Source: Eledone cirrhosa (lineage: Eukaryota). Taken from it: DNA of 64,000 bases. The notes beneath the pieces were generated by a model. It had not been told where the DNA came from, searched no databases, and saw only the letters and a program-made list of their open reading frames with translations. The translations under genes were made by a program, and so were the position numbers. Where the stretch lies: contig CAXHJY010000304.1 of NCBI GenBank assembly GCA_964016885.1, positions 1-64,000 on the forward strand, given 5' to 3'. Shown one piece after another: positions 37,201 through 52,200 of this stretch; position 1 is the stretch's first letter, and each line of letters begins with the position of its first letter.

Positions 37201-40200
37201 TCGTGTAGGTGACTTGACAAAAAGGTGCTCAGCCCACACTGTAAAGTGGTCGTGTAGGTGTCATGACAAAAAGGTGCTCAGCCCACACTGTAAAGTGGTC
37301 GTGTAGGTGTCATGACAAAAAGGTGCCCAGCCCACACTGTAAAGTGGTCGTGTAGGTGTCATGACAAAAAGGTGCCCAGCCCACACTGTAAAGTGGTCGT
37401 GTAGGTGTCATGACAAAAAGGTGCTCAGCCCACACTGTAAAGTGGTCGTGTAGGTGGCGTGACAAAAAGGTGCTCAGCCCACACTGTAAAGTGGTCGTGT
37501 AGGTGACTTGACAAAAAGGTGCTCAGCCCACACTGTAAAGTGGTCGTGTAGGTGTCATGATAAAAAGGTGCTCAGCCCACACTGTAAAGTGGTCGTGTAG
37601 GTGGCGTGACAAAAAGGTGCTCAGCCCACACTGTAAAGTGGTCGTGTAGGTGGCGTGACAAAAAGGTGCTCAGCCCACACTGTAAAGTGGTCGTGTAGGT
37701 GACGTGACAAAAAAATGCTCAGCCCACACTGTAAAGTGGTCGTGTAGGTGTCATGACAAAAAGGTGCTCAGCCCACACTGTAAAGTGGTCGTGTAGGTGG
37801 CGTGACAAAAAGGTGCTCAGCCCACACTGTAAAGTGGTCGTGTAGGTGGCGTGACAAAAAGGTGCTCAGCCCACACTGTAAAGTGGTCGTGTAGGTGACT
37901 TGACAAAAAGGTGCTCAGCCCACACTGTAAAGTGGTCGTGTAGGTGGCGTGACAAAAAGGTGCCCAGCCCACACTGTAAAGTGGTCGTGTAGGTGACTTG
38001 ACAAAAAGGTGCTCAGCCCACACTGTAAAGTGGTCGTGTAGGTGACTTGACAAAAAGGTGCTCAGCCCACACTGTAAAGTGGTCGTGTAGGTGTCATGAC
38101 AAAAAGGTGCCCAGCCCACACTGTAAAGTGGTCGTGTAGGTGACTTGACAAAAAGGTGCCCAGCCCACACTGTAAACTGGTCGTGTAGGTGTCATGACAA
38201 AAAGGTGCTCAGCCCACACTGTAAAGTGGTCGTGTAGGTGGCGTGACAAAAAGGTGCTCAGCCCACACTGTAAAGTGGTCGTGTAGGTGACTTGACAAAA
38301 AGGTGCTCAGCCCACACTGTAAAGTGGTCGTGTAGGTGTCATGACAAAAAGGTGCTCAGCCCACACTGTAAAGTGGTCGTGTAGGTGTCATGACAAAAAG
38401 GTGCTCAGCCCACACTGTAAAGTGGTCGTGTAGGTGGCGTGACAAAAAGGTGCGCAGCCCACACTGTAAAGTGGTCGTGTAGGTGTCATGACAAAAAGGT
38501 GCTCAGCCCACACTGTAAAGTGGTCGTGTAGGTGTCATGACAAAAAGGTGCTCAGCCCACACTGTAAAGTGGTCGTGTAGGTGGCGTGACAAAAAGGTGC
38601 TCAGCCCACACTGTAAAGTGGTCGTGTAGGTGGCGTGACAAAAAGGTGCTCAGCCCACACTGTAAAGTGGTCGTGTAGGTGACTTGACAAAAAGGTGCTC
38701 AGCCCACACTGTAAAGTGGTCGTGTAGGTGACTTGACAAAAAGGTGCTCAGCCCACACTGTAAAGTGGTCGTGTAGGTGTCATGACAAAAAGGTGCTCAG
38801 CCCACACTGTAAAGTGGTCGTGTAGGTGTCATGACAAAAAGGTGCTCAGCCCACACTGTAAAGTGGTCGTGTAGGTGGCGTGACAAAAAGGTGCTCAGCC
38901 CACACTGTAAAGTGGTCGTGTAGGTGTCATGACAAAAAGGTGCTCAGCCCACACTGTAAAGTGGTCGTGTAGGTGTCATGACAAAAAGGTGCTCAGCCCA
39001 CACTGTAAAGTGGTCGTGTAGGTGTCATGACAAAAAGGTGCTCAGCCCACACTGTAAAGTGGTCGTGTAGGTGGCGTGACAAAAAGGTGCTCAGCCCACA
39101 CTGTAAAGTGGTCGTGTAGGTGACGTGACAAAAAGGTGCTCAGCCCACACTGTAAAGTGGTCGTGTAGGTGTCATGACAAAAAGGTGCTCAGCCCACACT
39201 GTAAAGTGGTCGTGTAGGTGGCGTGACAAAAAGGTGCTCAGCCCACACTGTAAAGTGGTCATGTAGGTGTCATGACAAAAAGGTGCTCAGCCCACACTGT
39301 AAAGTGGTCGTGTAGGTGTCATGACAAAAAAGTGCTCAGCCCACACTGTAAAGTGGTCGTGTAGGTGGCGTGACAAAAAGGTGCTCAGCCCACACTGTAA
39401 AGTGGTCGTGTAGGTGGCGTGACAAGAAGGTGCTCAGCCCACACTGTAAAGTGGTCGTGTAGGTGTCATGACAAAAAGGTGCCCAGCCCACACTGTAAAG
39501 TGGTCGTGTAGGTGTCATGACAAAAAGGTGCTCAGCCCACACTGTAAAGTGGTCGTGTAGGTGGCGTGACAAGAAGGTGCTCAGCCCACACTGTAAAGTG
39601 GTCGTGTAGGTGACGTGACAAAAAGGTGCTCAGCCCACACTGTAAAGTGGTCGTGTAGGTGTCATGACAAAAAGGTGCTCAGCCCACACTGTAAAGTGGT
39701 CGTGTATGTGTCATGACAAAAAGGTGCTCAGCCCACACTGTAAAGTGCTCGTGTAGGTGGCGTGACAAAAAGGTGCTCAGCCCACACTGTAAAGTGGTCG
39801 TGTAGGTGGCGTGACAAAAAGGTGCTCAGCCCACACTGTAAAGTGGTCGTGTAGGTGGCGTGACAAAAAGGTGCTCAGCCCACACTGTAAAGTGGTCGTG
39901 TAGGTGTCGTGACAAAAAGGTGCTCAGCCCACACTGTAAAGTGGTCGTGTAGGTGACGTGACAAAAAGGTGCTCAGCCCACACTGTAAAGTGGTCGTGTA
40001 GGTGACGTGACAAAAAGGTGCTCAGCCCACACTGTAAAGTGGTCGTGTAGGTGTCATGACAAAAAGGTGCTCAGCCCACACTGTAAAGTGGTCGTGTAGG
40101 TGGCGTGACAAAAAGGTGCTCAGCCCACACTGTAAAGTGGTCGTGTAGGTGACTTGACAAAAAGGTGCTCAGCCCACACTGTAAAGTGGTCGTGTAGGTG

Positions 40201-43200
40201 TCATGACAAAAAGGTGCTCAGCCCACACTGTAAAGTGGTCGTGTAGGTGTCATGACAAAAAGGTGCTCAGCCCACACTGTAAAGTGGTCGTGTAGGTGGC
40301 GTGACAAAAAGGTGCGCAGCCCACACTGTAAAGTGGTCGTGTAGGTGTCATGACAAAAAGGTGCTCAGCCCACACTGTAAAGTGGTCGTGTAGGTGTCAT
40401 GACAAAAAGGTGCTCAGCCCACACTGTAAAGTGGTCGTGTAGGTGGCGTGACAAAAAGGTGCTCAGCCCACACTGTAAAGTGGTCGTGTAGGTGGCGTGA
40501 CAAAAAGGTGCTCAGCCCACACTGTAAAGTGGTCGTGTAGGTGACTTGACAAAAAGGTGCTCAGCCCACACTGTAAAGTGGTCGTGTAGGTGACTTGACA
40601 AAAAGGTGCTCAGCCCACACTGTAAAGTGGTCGTGTAGGTGTCATGACAAAAAGGTGCTCAGCCCACACTGTAAAGTGGTCGTGTAGGTGTCATGACAAA
40701 AAGGTGCTCAGCCCACACTGTAAAGTGGTCGTGTAGGTGGCGTGACAAAAAGGTGCTCAGCCCACACTGTAAAGTGGTCGTGTAGGTGTCATGACAAAAA
40801 GGTGCTCAGCCCACACTGTAAAGTGGTCGTGTAGGTGTCATGACAAAAAGGTGCTCAGCCCACACTGTAAAGTGGTCGTGTAGGTGTCATGACAAAAAGG
40901 TGCTCAGCCCACACTGTAAAGTGGTCGTGTAGGTGGCGTGACAAAAAGGTGCTCAGCCCACACTGTAAAGTGGTCGTGTAGGTGACGTGACAAAAAGGTG
41001 CTCAGCCCACACTGTAAAGTGGTCGTGTAGGTGTCATGACAAAAAGGTGCTCAGCCCACACTGTAAAGTGGTCGTGTAGGTGGCGTGACAAAAAGGTGCT
41101 CAGCCCACACTGTAAAGTGGTCATGTAGGTGTCATGACAAAAAGGTGCTCAGCCCACACTGTAAAGTGGTCGTGTAGGTGTCATGACAAAAAAGTGCTCA
41201 GCCCACACTGTAAAGTGGTCGTGTAGGTGGCGTGACAAAAAGGTGCTCAGCCCACACTGTAAAGTGGTCGTGTAGGTGGCGTGACAAGAAGGTGCTCAGC
41301 CCACACTGTAAAGTGGTCGTGTAGGTGTCATGACAAAAAGGTGCCCAGCCCACACTGTAAAGTGGTCGTGTAGGTGTCATGACAAAAAGGTGCTCAGCCC
41401 ACACTGTAAAGTGGTCGTGTAGGTGGCGTGACAAGAAGGTGCTCAGCCCACACTGTAAAGTGGTCGTGTAGGTGACGTGACAAAAAGGTGCTCAGCCCAC
41501 ACTGTAAAGTGGTCGTGTAGGTGTCATGACAAAAAGGTGCTCAGCCCACACTGTAAAGTGGTCGTGTATGTGTCATGACAAAAAGGTGCTCAGCCCACAC
41601 TGTAAAGTGCTCGTGTAGGTGGCGTGACAAAAAGGTGCTCAGCCCACACTGTAAAGTGGTCGTGTAGGTGGCGTGACAAAAAGGTGCTCAGCCCACACTG
41701 TAAAGTGGTCGTGTAGGTGGCGTGACAAAAAGGTGCTCAGCCCACACTGTAAAGTGGTCGTGTAGGTGTCGTGACAAAAAGGTGCTCAGCCCACACTGTA
41801 AAGTGGTCGTGTAGGTGACGTGACAAAAAGGTGCTCAGCCCACACTGTAAAGTGGTCGTGTAGGTGACGTGACAAAAAGGTGCTCAGCCCACACTGTAAA
41901 GTGGTCGTGTAGGTGTCATGACAAAAAGGTGCTCAGCCCACACTGTAAAGTGGTCGTGTAGGTGACGTGACAAAAAGGTGCTCAGCCCACACTGTAAAGT
42001 GGTCGTGTAGGTGTCATGACAAAAAGGTGCTCAGCCCACACTGTAAAGTGGTCGTGTAGGTGTCATGACAAAAAGGTGCTCAGCCCACACTGTAAAGTGG
42101 TCGTGTAGGTGGCGTGACAAAAAGGTGCTCAGCCCACACTGTAAAGTGGTCGTGTAGGTGACGTGACAAAAGGTGCCCAGCCCACACTGTAAAGTGGTCG
42201 TGTAGGTGACTTGACAAAAAGGTGCTCAGCTGACACTGTAAAGTGGTCGTGTAGGTGACGTGACAAAAAGGTGCTCAGCCCACACTGTAAAGTGGTCGTG
42301 TAGGTGACGTGACAAAAAGGTGCTCAGCCCACACTGTAAAGTGGTCGTGTAGGTGTCATGACAAAAAGGTGCTCAGCCCACACTGTAAAGTGGTCGTGTA
42401 GGTGACGTGACAAAAAGGTGCTCAGCCCACACTGTAAAGTGGACGTGTAGGTGTCATGACAAAAAGGTGCTCAGCCCACACTGTAAAGTGGTCGTGTAGG
42501 TGTCATGACAAAAAGGTGCTCAGCCCACACTGTAAAGTGGTCGTGTAGGTGGCGTGACAAAAAGGTGCTCAGCCCACACTGTAAAGTGGTCGTGTAGGTG
42601 ACGTGACAAAAAGTGCCCAGCCCACACTGTAAAGTGGTCGTGTAGGTGACTTGACAAAAAGGTGCTCAGCCCACACTGTAAAGTGGTCGTGTAGGTGTCA
42701 TGACAAAAAGGTGCCCAGCCCACACTGTAAAGTGGTCGTGTAGGTGACTTGACAAAAAGGTGCTCAGCCCACACTGTAAAGTGGTCGTGTAGGTGTCATG
42801 ACCAAAAGGTGCCCAGCCCACACTGTAAAGTGGTCGTGTAGGTGACTTGACAAAAAGGTGCTTAGCCCACACTGTAAAGTGGTCGTGTAGGTGTCATGAC
42901 AAAAAGGTGCCCAGCCCACATTGTAAAGTGGTCGTGTAGGTGACTTGACAAAAAGGTGCTCAGCCCACACTGTAAAGTGGTCGTGTAGGTGTCATGACAA
43001 AAAGGTGCCCAGCCCACACTGTAAAGTGGTCGTGTAGGTGTCATGACAAAAAGGTGCCCAGCCCACACTGTAAAGTGGTCGTGTAGGTGACTTGACAAAA
43101 AGGTGCTCAGCCCACACTGTAAAGTGGTCGTGTAGGTGTCATGACAAAAAGGTGCTCAGCCCACACTGTAAAGTGGTCGTGTAGGTGTCATGACAAAAAG

Positions 43201-46200
43201 GTGCCCAGCCCACACTGTAAAGTGGTCGTGTAGGTGTCATGACAAAAAGGTGCCCAGCCCACACTGTAAAGTGGTCGTGTAGGTGTCATGACAAAAAGGT
43301 GCTCAGCCCACACTGTAAAGTGGTCGTGTAGGTGGCGTGACAAAAAGGTGCTCAGCCCACACTGTAAAGTGGTCGTGTAGGTGACTTGACAAAAAGGTGC
43401 TCAGCCCACACTGTAAAGTGGTCGTGTAGGTGTCATGACAAAAAGGTGCTCAGCACACACTGTAAAGTGGTCGTGTAGGTGGCGTGACAAAAAGGTGCTC
43501 AGCCCACACTGTAAAGTGCTCGTGTAGGTGGCGTGACAAAAAGGTGCTCAGCCCACACTGTAAAGTGGTCGTGTAGGTGACGTGACAAAAAGGTGCTCAG
43601 CCCACACTGTAAAGTGGTCGTGTAGGTGTCATGACAAAAAGGTGCTCAGCCCACACTGTAAAGTGGTCGTGTAGGTGGCGTGACAAAAAGGTGCTCAGCC
43701 CACACTGTAAAGTGGTCGTGTAGGTGGCGTGACAAAAAGGTGCTCAGCCCACACTGTAAAGTGGTCGTGTAGGTGACTTGACAAAAAGGTGCTCAGCCCA
43801 CACTGTAAAGTGGTCGTGTAGGTGGCGTGACAAAAAGGTGCCCAGCCCACACTGTAAAGTGGTCGTGTAGGTGACTTGACAAAAAGGTGCTCAGCCCACA
43901 CTGTAAAGTGGTCGTGTAGGTGACTTGACAAAAAGGTGCTCAGCCCACACTGTAAAGTGGTCGTGTAGGTGTCATGACAAAAAGGTGCCCAGCCCACACT
44001 GTAAAGTGGTCGTGTAGGTGACTTGACAAAAAGGTGCCCAGCCCACACTGTAAACTGGTCGTGTAGGTGTCATGACAAAAAGGTGCTCAGCCCACACTGT
44101 AAAGTGGTCGTGTAGGTGGCGTGACAAAAAGGTGCTCAGCCCACACTGTAAAGTGGTCGTGTAGGTGACTTGACAAAAAGGTGCTCAGCCCACACTGTAA
44201 AGTGGTCGTGTAGGTGTCGTGACAAAAAGGTGCTCAGCCCACACTGTAAAGTGGTCGTGTAGGTGTTATGACAAAAAGGTGCCCAGCCCACACTGTAAAG
44301 TGGTCGTGTAGGTGTCATGACAAAAAGGTGCCCAGCCCACACTGTAAAGTGGTCGTGTAGGTGTCATGACAAAAAGGTGCCCAGCCCACACTGTAAAGTG
44401 GTCGTGTAGGTGTCATGACAAAATGGTGCTCAGCCCACACTGTAAAGTGGTCGTGTAGGTGGCGTGACAAAAAGGTGCTCAGCCCACACTGTAAAGTGGT
44501 CGTGTAGGTGACTTGACAAAAAGGTGCTCAGCCCACACTGTAAAGTGGTCGTGTAGGTGTCATGACAAAAAGGTGCCCAGCCCACACTGTAAAGTGGTCG
44601 TGTAGGTGACTTGACAAAAAGGTGCTCAGCCCACACTGTAAAGTGGTCGTGTAGGTGTCATGACAAAAAGGCGCCCAGCCCACACTGTAAAGTGGTCGTG
44701 TAGGTGTCATGACAAAAAGGTGCCCAGCCCACACTGTAAAGTGGTCGTGTAGGTGACTTGACAAAAAGGTGCTCAGCCCACACTGTAAAGTGGTCGTGTA
44801 GGTGTCATGACAAAAAGGTGCTCAGCCCACACTGTAAAGTGGTCGTGTAGGTGTCATGACAAAAAGGTGCCCAGCCCACACTGTAAAGTGGTCTTGTAGG
44901 TGTCATGACAAAAAGGTGCCCAGCCCACACTGTAAAGTGGTCGTGTAGGTGTCATGACAAAAAGGTGCTCAGCCCACACTGTAAAGTGGTCGTGTAGGTG
45001 GCGTGACAAAAAGGTGCTCAGCCCACACTGTAAAGTGGTCGTGTAGGTGACTTGATAAAAAGGTGCTCAGCCCACACTGTAAAGTGGTCGTGTAGGTGTC
45101 ATGACAAAAAGGTGCTCAGCCCACACTGTAAAGTGGTCGTGTAGGTGGCGTGACAAAAAGGTGCTCAGCCCACACTGTAAAGTGGTCGTGTAGGTGGCGT
45201 GACAAAAAGGTGCTCAGCCCACACTGTAAAGTGGTCGTGTAGGTGACGTGACAAAAAGGTGCTCAGCCCACACTGTAAAGTGGTCGTGTAGGTGTCATGA
45301 CAAAAAGTTGCTCAGCCCACACTGTAAAGTGGTCGTGTAGGTGGCGTGACAAAAAGGTGCTCAGCCCACACTGTAAAGTGGTCGTGTAGGTGGCGTGACA
45401 AAAAGGTGCTCAGCCCACACTGTAAAGTGGTCGTGTAGGTGGCGTGACAAAAAGGTGCTCAGCCCACACTGTAAAGTGGTCGTGTAGGTGACTTGACAAA
45501 AAGGTGCTCAGCCCACACTGTAAAGTGGTCGTGTAGGTGACTTGACAAAAAGGTGCTCAGCCCACACTGTAAAGTGGTCGTGTAGGTGTCATGACAAAAA
45601 GGTGCTCAGCCCACACTGTAAAGTGGTCGTGTAGGTGTCATGACAAAAAGGTGCTCAGCCCACACTGTAAAGTGGTCGTGTAGGTGGCGTGACAAAAAGG
45701 TGCTCAGCCCACACTGTAAAGTGGTCGTGTAGGTGTCATGACAAAAAGGTGCTCAGCCCACACTGTAAAGTGGTCGTGTAGGTGTCATGACAAAAAGGTG
45801 CTCAGCCCACACTGTAAAGTGGTCGTGTAGGTGTCATGACAAAAAGGTGCTCAGCCCACACTGTAAAGTGGTCGTGTAGGTGACTTGACAAAAAGGTGCT
45901 CAGCCCACACTGTAAAGTGGTCGTGTAGGTGTCATGAGAAAAAGGTGCTCAGCCCACACTGTAAAGTGGTCGTGTAGGTGGCGTGACAAAAAGGTGCTCA
46001 GCCCACACTGTAAAGTGGTCATGTAGGTGTCATGACAAAAAGGTGCTCAGCCCACACTGTAAAGTGGTCGTGTAGGTGTCATGACAAAAAAGTGCTCAGC
46101 CCACACTGTAAAGTGGTCGTGTAGGTGTCATGACAAAAAGGTGCTCAGCCCACACTGTAAAGTGGTCGTGTAGGTGGCGTGACAAGAAGGTGCTCAGCCC

Positions 46201-49200
46201 ACACTGTAAAGTGGTCGTGTAGGTGACGTGACAAAAAGGTGCTCAGCCCACACTGTAAAGTGGTCGTGTAGGTGTCATGACAAAAAGGTGCTCAGCCCAC
46301 ACTGTAAAGTGGTCGTGTATGTGTCATGACAAAAAGGTGCTCAGCCCACACTGTAAAGTGCTCGTGTAGGTGGCGTGACAAAAAGGTGCTCAGCCCACAC
46401 TGTAAAGTGGTCGTGTAGGTGGCGTGACAAAAAGGTGCTCAGCCCACACTGTAAAGTGGTCGTGTAGGTGGCGTGACAAAAAGGTGCTCAGCCCACACTG
46501 TAAAGTGGTCGTGTAGGTGTCGTGACAAAAAGGTGCTCAGCCCACACTGTAAAGTGGTCGTGTAGGTGACGTGACAAAAAGGTGCTCAGCCCACACTGTA
46601 AAGTGGTCGTGTAGGTGACGTGACAAAAAGGTGCTCAGCCCACACTGTAAAGTGGTCGTGTAGGTGTCATGACAAAAAGGTGCTCAGCCCACACTGTAAA
46701 GTGGTCGTGTAGGTGACGTGACAAAAAGGTGCTCAGCCCACACTGTAAAGTGGTCGTGTAGGTGTCATGACAAAAAGGTGCTCAGCCCACACTGTAAAGT
46801 GGTCGTGTAGGTGTCATGACAAAAAGGTGCTCAGCCCACACTGTAAAGTGGTCGTGTAGGTGGCGTGACAAAAAGGTGCTCAGCCCACACTGTAAAGTGG
46901 TCGTGTAGGTGACGTGACAAAAGGTGCCCAGCCCACACTGTAAAGTGGTCGTGTAGGTGACTTGACAAAAAGGTGCTCAGCTGACACTGTAAAGTGGTCG
47001 TGTAGGTGACGTGACAAAAAGGTGCTCAGCCCACACTGTAAAGTGGTCGTGTAGGTGACGTGACAAAAAGGTGCTCAGCCCACACTGTAAAGTGGTCGTG
47101 TAGGTGTCATGACAAAAAGGTGCTCAGCCCACACTGTAAAGTGGTCGTGTAGGTGACGTGACAAAAAGGTGCTCAGCCCACACTGTAAAGTGGACGTGTA
47201 GGTGTCATGACAAAAAGGTGCTCAGCCCACACTGTAAAGTGGTCGTGTAGGTGTCATGACAAAAAGGTGCTCAGCCCACACTGTAAAGTGGTCGTGTAGG
47301 TGGCGTGACAAAAAGGTGCTCAGCCCACACTGTAAAGTGGTCGTGTAGGTGACGTGACAAAAAGTGCCCAGCCCACACTGTAAAGTGGTCGTGTAGGTGA
47401 CTTGACAAAAAGGTGCTCAGCCCACACTGTAAAGTGGTCGTGTAGGTGTCATGACAAAAAGGTGCCCAGCCCACACTGTAAAGTGGTCGTGTAGGTGACT
47501 TGACAAAAAGGTGCTCAGCCCACACTGTAAAGTGGTCGTGTAGGTGTCATGACAAAAAGGTGCCCAGCCCACACTGTAAAGTGGTCGTGTAGGTGACTTG
47601 ACAAAAAGGTGCTTAGCCCACACTGTAAAGTGTTCGTGTAGGTGTCATGACAAAAAGGTGCCCAGCCCACATTGTAAAGTGGTCGTGTAGGTGACTTGAC
47701 AAAAAGGTGCTCAGCCCACACTGTAAAGTGGTCGTGTAGGTGTCATGACAAAAAGGTGCCCAGCCCACACTGTAAAGTGGTCGTGTAGGTGTCATGACAA
47801 AAAGGTGCCCAGCCCACACTGTAAAGTGGTCGTGTAGGTGACTTGACAAAAAGGTGCTCAGCCCACACTGTAAAGTGGTCGTGTAGGTGTCATGACAAAA
47901 AGGTGCTCAGCCCACACTGTAAAGTGGTCGTGTAGGTGTCATGACAAAAAGGTGCCCAGCCCACACTGTAAAGTGGTCGTGTAGGTGTCATGACAAAAAG
48001 GTGCCCAGCCCACACTGTAAAGTGGTCGTGTAGGTGTCATGACAAAAAGGTGCTCAGCCCACACTGTAAAGTGGTCGTGTAGGTGGCGTGACAAAAAGGT
48101 GCTCAGCCCACACTGTAAAGTGGTCGTGTAGGTGACTTGACAAAAAGGTGCTCAGCCCACACTGTAAAGTGGTCGTGTAGGTGTCATGACAAAAAGGTGC
48201 TCAGCACACACTGTAAAGTGGTCGTGTAGGTGGCGTGACAAAAAGGTGCTCAGCCCACACTGTAAAGTGGTCGTGTAGGTGGCGTGACAAAAAGGTGCTC
48301 AGCCCACACTGTAAAGTGGTCGTGTAGGTGACGTGACAAAAAGGTGCTCAGCCCACACTGTAAAGTGGTCGTGTAGGTGTCATGACAAAAAGGTGCTCAG
48401 CCCACACTGTAAAGTGGTCGTGTAGGTGGCGTGACAAAAAGGTGCTCAGCCCACACTGTAAAGTGGTCGTGTAGGTGGCGTGACAAAAAGGTGCTCAGCC
48501 CACACTGTAAAGTGGTCGTGTAGGTGACTTGACAAAAAGGTGCTCAGCCCACACTGTAAAGTGGTCGTGTAGGTGGCGTGACAAAAAGGTGCCCAGCCCA
48601 CACTGTAAAGTGGTCGTGTAGGTGACTTGACAAAAAGGTGCTCAGCCCACACTGTAAAGTGGTCGTGTAGGTGACTTGACAAAAAGGTGCTCAGCCCACA
48701 CTGTAAAGTGGTCGTGTAGGTGTCATGACAAAAAGGTGCCCAGCCCACACTGTAAAGTGGTCGTGTAGGTGACTTGACAAAAAGGTGCCCAGCCCACACT
48801 GTAAACTGGTCGTGTAGGTGTCATGACAAAAAGGTGCTCAGCCCACACTGTAAAGTGGTCGTGTAGGTGGCGTGACAAAAAGGTGCTCAGCCCACACTGT
48901 AAAGTGGTCGTGTAGGTGACTTGACAAAAAGGTGCTCAGCCCACACTGTAAAGTGGTCGTGTAGGTGTCGTGACAAAAAGGTGCTCAGCCCACACTGTAA
49001 AGTGGTCGTGTAGGTGTTATGACAAAAAGGTGCCCAGCCCACACTGTAAAGTGGTCGTGTAGGTGTCATGACAAAAAGGTGCCCAGCCCACACTGTAAAG
49101 TGGTCGTGTAGGTGTCATGACAAAAAGGTGCCCAGCCCACACTGTAAAGTGGTCGTGTAGGTGTCATGACAAAATGGTGCTCAGCCCACACTGTAAAGTG

Positions 49201-52200
49201 GTCGTGTAGGTGGCGTGACAAAAAGGTGCTCAGCCCACACTGTAAAGTGGTCGTGTAGGTGACTTGACAAAAAGGTGCTCAGCCCACACTGTAAAGTGGT
49301 CGTGTAGGTGTCATGACAAAAAGGTGCCCAGCCCACACTGTAAAGTGGTCGTGTAGGTGACTTGACAAAAAGGTGCTCAGCCCACACTGTAAAGTGGTCG
49401 TGTAGGTGTCATGACAAAAAGGCGCCCAGCCCACACTGTAAAGTGGTCGTGTAGGTGTCATGACAAAAAGGTGCCCAGCCCACACTGTAAAGTGGTCGTG
49501 TAGGTGACTTGACAAAAAGGTGCTCAGCCCACACTGTAAAGTGGTCGTGTAGGTGTCATGACAAAAAGGTGCTCAGCCCACACTGTAAAGTGGTCGTGTA
49601 GGTGTCATGACAAAAAGGTGCCCAGCCCACACTGTAAAGTGGTCTTGTAGGTGTCATGACAAAAAGGTGCCCAGCCCACACTGTAAAGTGGTCGTGTAGG
49701 TGTCATGACAAAAAGGTGCTCAGCCCACACTGTAAAGTGGTCGTGTAGGTGGCGTGACAAAAAGGTGCTCAGCCCACACTGTAAAGTGGTCGTGTAGGTG
49801 ACTTGATAAAAAGGTGCTCAGCCCACACTGTAAAGTGGTCGTGTAGGTGTCATGACAAAAAGGTGCTCAGCCCACACTGTAAAGTGGTCGTGTAGGTGAC
49901 GTGACAAAAAGGTGCTCAGCCCACACTGTAAAGTGGTCGTGTAGGTGTCATGACAAAAAGTTGCTCAGCCCACACTGTAAAGTGGTCGTGTAGGTGGCGT
50001 GACAAAAAGGTGCTCAGCCCACACTGTAAAGTGGTCGTGTAGGTGGCGTGACAAAAAGGTGCTCAGCCCACACTGTAAAGTGGTCGTGTAGGTGACTTGA
50101 CAAAAAGGTGCTCAGCCCACACTGTAAAGTGGTCGTGTAGGTGGCGTGACAAAAAGGTGCCCAGCCCACACTGTAAAGTGGTCGTGTAGGTGACTTGACA
50201 AAAAGGTGCTCAGCCCACACTGTAAAGTGGTCGTGTAGGTGACTTGACAAAAAGGTGCTCAGCCCACACTGTGAAGTGGTCGTGTAGGTGTCATGACAAA
50301 AAGGTGCCCAGCCCACACTGTAAAGTGGTCGTGTAGGTGACTTGACAAAAAGGTGCCCAGCCCACACTGTAAACTGGTCGTGTAGGTGTCATGACAAAAA
50401 GGTGCTCAGCCCACACTGTAAAGTGGTCGTGTAGGTGGCGTGACAAAAAGGTGCTCAGCCCACACTGTAAAGTGGTCGTGTAGGTGACTTGACAAAAAGG
50501 TGCTCAGCCCACACTGTAAAGTGGTCGTGTAGGTGGCGTGACAAAAAGGTGCTCAGCCCACACTGTAAAGTGGTCGTGTAGGTGACTTGACAAAAAGGTG
50601 CTCAGCCCACACTGTAAAGTGGTCGTGTAGGTGTCATGACAAAAAGGTGCCCAGCCCACACTGTAAAGTGGTCGTGTAGGTGACTTGACAAAAAGGTGCT
50701 CAGCCCACACTGTAAAGTGGTCGTGTAGGTGTCATGACAAAAAGGTGCTCAGCCCACACTGTAAAGTGGTCGTGTAGGTGTCATGACAAAAAGGTGCCCA
50801 GCCCACACTGTAAAGTGGTCGTGTAGGTGACTTGACAAAAAGGTGCCCAGCCCACACTGTAAACTGGTCGTGTAGGTGTCATGACAAAAAGGTGCTCAGC
50901 CCACACTGTAAAGTGGTCGTGTAGGTGACTTGACAAAAAGGTGCTCAGCCCACACTGTAAAGTGGTCGTGTAGGTGTCATGACAAAAAGGTGCCCAGCCC
51001 ACACTGTAAAGTGGTCGTGTAGGTGACTTGACAAAAAGGTGCTCAGCCCACACTGTAAAGTGGTCGTGTAGGTGTCATGACAAAAAGGTGCTCAGCCCAC
51101 ACTGTAAAGTGGTCGTGTAGGTGTCATGACAAAAAGGTGCCCAGCCCACACTGTAAAGTGGTCGTGTAGGTGACTTGACAAAAAGGTGCCCAGCCCACAC
51201 TGTAAACTGGTCGTGTAGGTGTCATGACAAAAAGGTGCTCAGCCCACACTGTAAAGTGGTCGTGTAGGTGGCGTGACAAAAAGGTGCTCAGCCCACACTG
51301 TAAAGTGGTCGTGTAGGTGACTTGACAAAAAGGTGCTCAGCCCACACTGTAAAGTGGTCGTGTAGGTGTCATGACAAAATGGTGCTCAGCCCACACTGTA
51401 AAGTGGTCGTGTAGGTGTTATGACAAAAAGGTGCCCAGCCCACACTGTAAAGTGGTCGTGTAGGTGTCATGACAAAAAGGTGCCCAGCCCACACTGTAAA
51501 GTGGTCGTGTAGGTGTCATGACAAAAAGGTGCCCAGCCCACACTGTAAAGTGGTCGTGTAGGTGTCATGACAAAAAGGTGCTCAGCCCACACTGTAAAGT
51601 GGTCGTGTAGGTGGCGTGACAAAAAGGTGCTCAGCCCACACTGTAAAGTGGTCGTGTAGGTGACTTGACAAAAAGGTGCTCAGCCCACACTGTAAAGTGG
51701 TCGTGTAGGTGTCATGACAAAAAGGTGCCCAGCCCACACTGTAAAGTGGTCGTGTAGGTGACTTGACAAAAAGGTGCTCAGCCCACACTGTAAAGTGGTC
51801 GTGTAGGTGTCATGACAAAAAGGTGCCCAGCCCACACTGTAAAGTGGTCGTGTAGGTGTCATGGTAAAAAGGTGCCCAGCCCACACTGTAAAGTGGTCGT
51901 GTAGGTGACTTGACAAAAAGGTGCTCAGCCCACACTGTAAAGTGGTCGTGTAGGTGTCATGACAAAAAGGTGCTCAGCCCACACTGTAAAGTGGTCGTGT
52001 AGGTGTCATGACAAAAAGGTGCCCAGCCCACACTGTAAAGTGGTCGTGTAGGTGTCATGACAAAAAGGTGCCCAGCCCACACTGTAAAGTGGTCGTGTAG
52101 GTGTCATGACAAAAAGGTGCTCAGCCCACACTGTAAAGTGGTCGTGTAGGTGGCGTGACAAAAAGGTGCTCAGCCCACACTGTAAAGTGGTCGTGTAGGT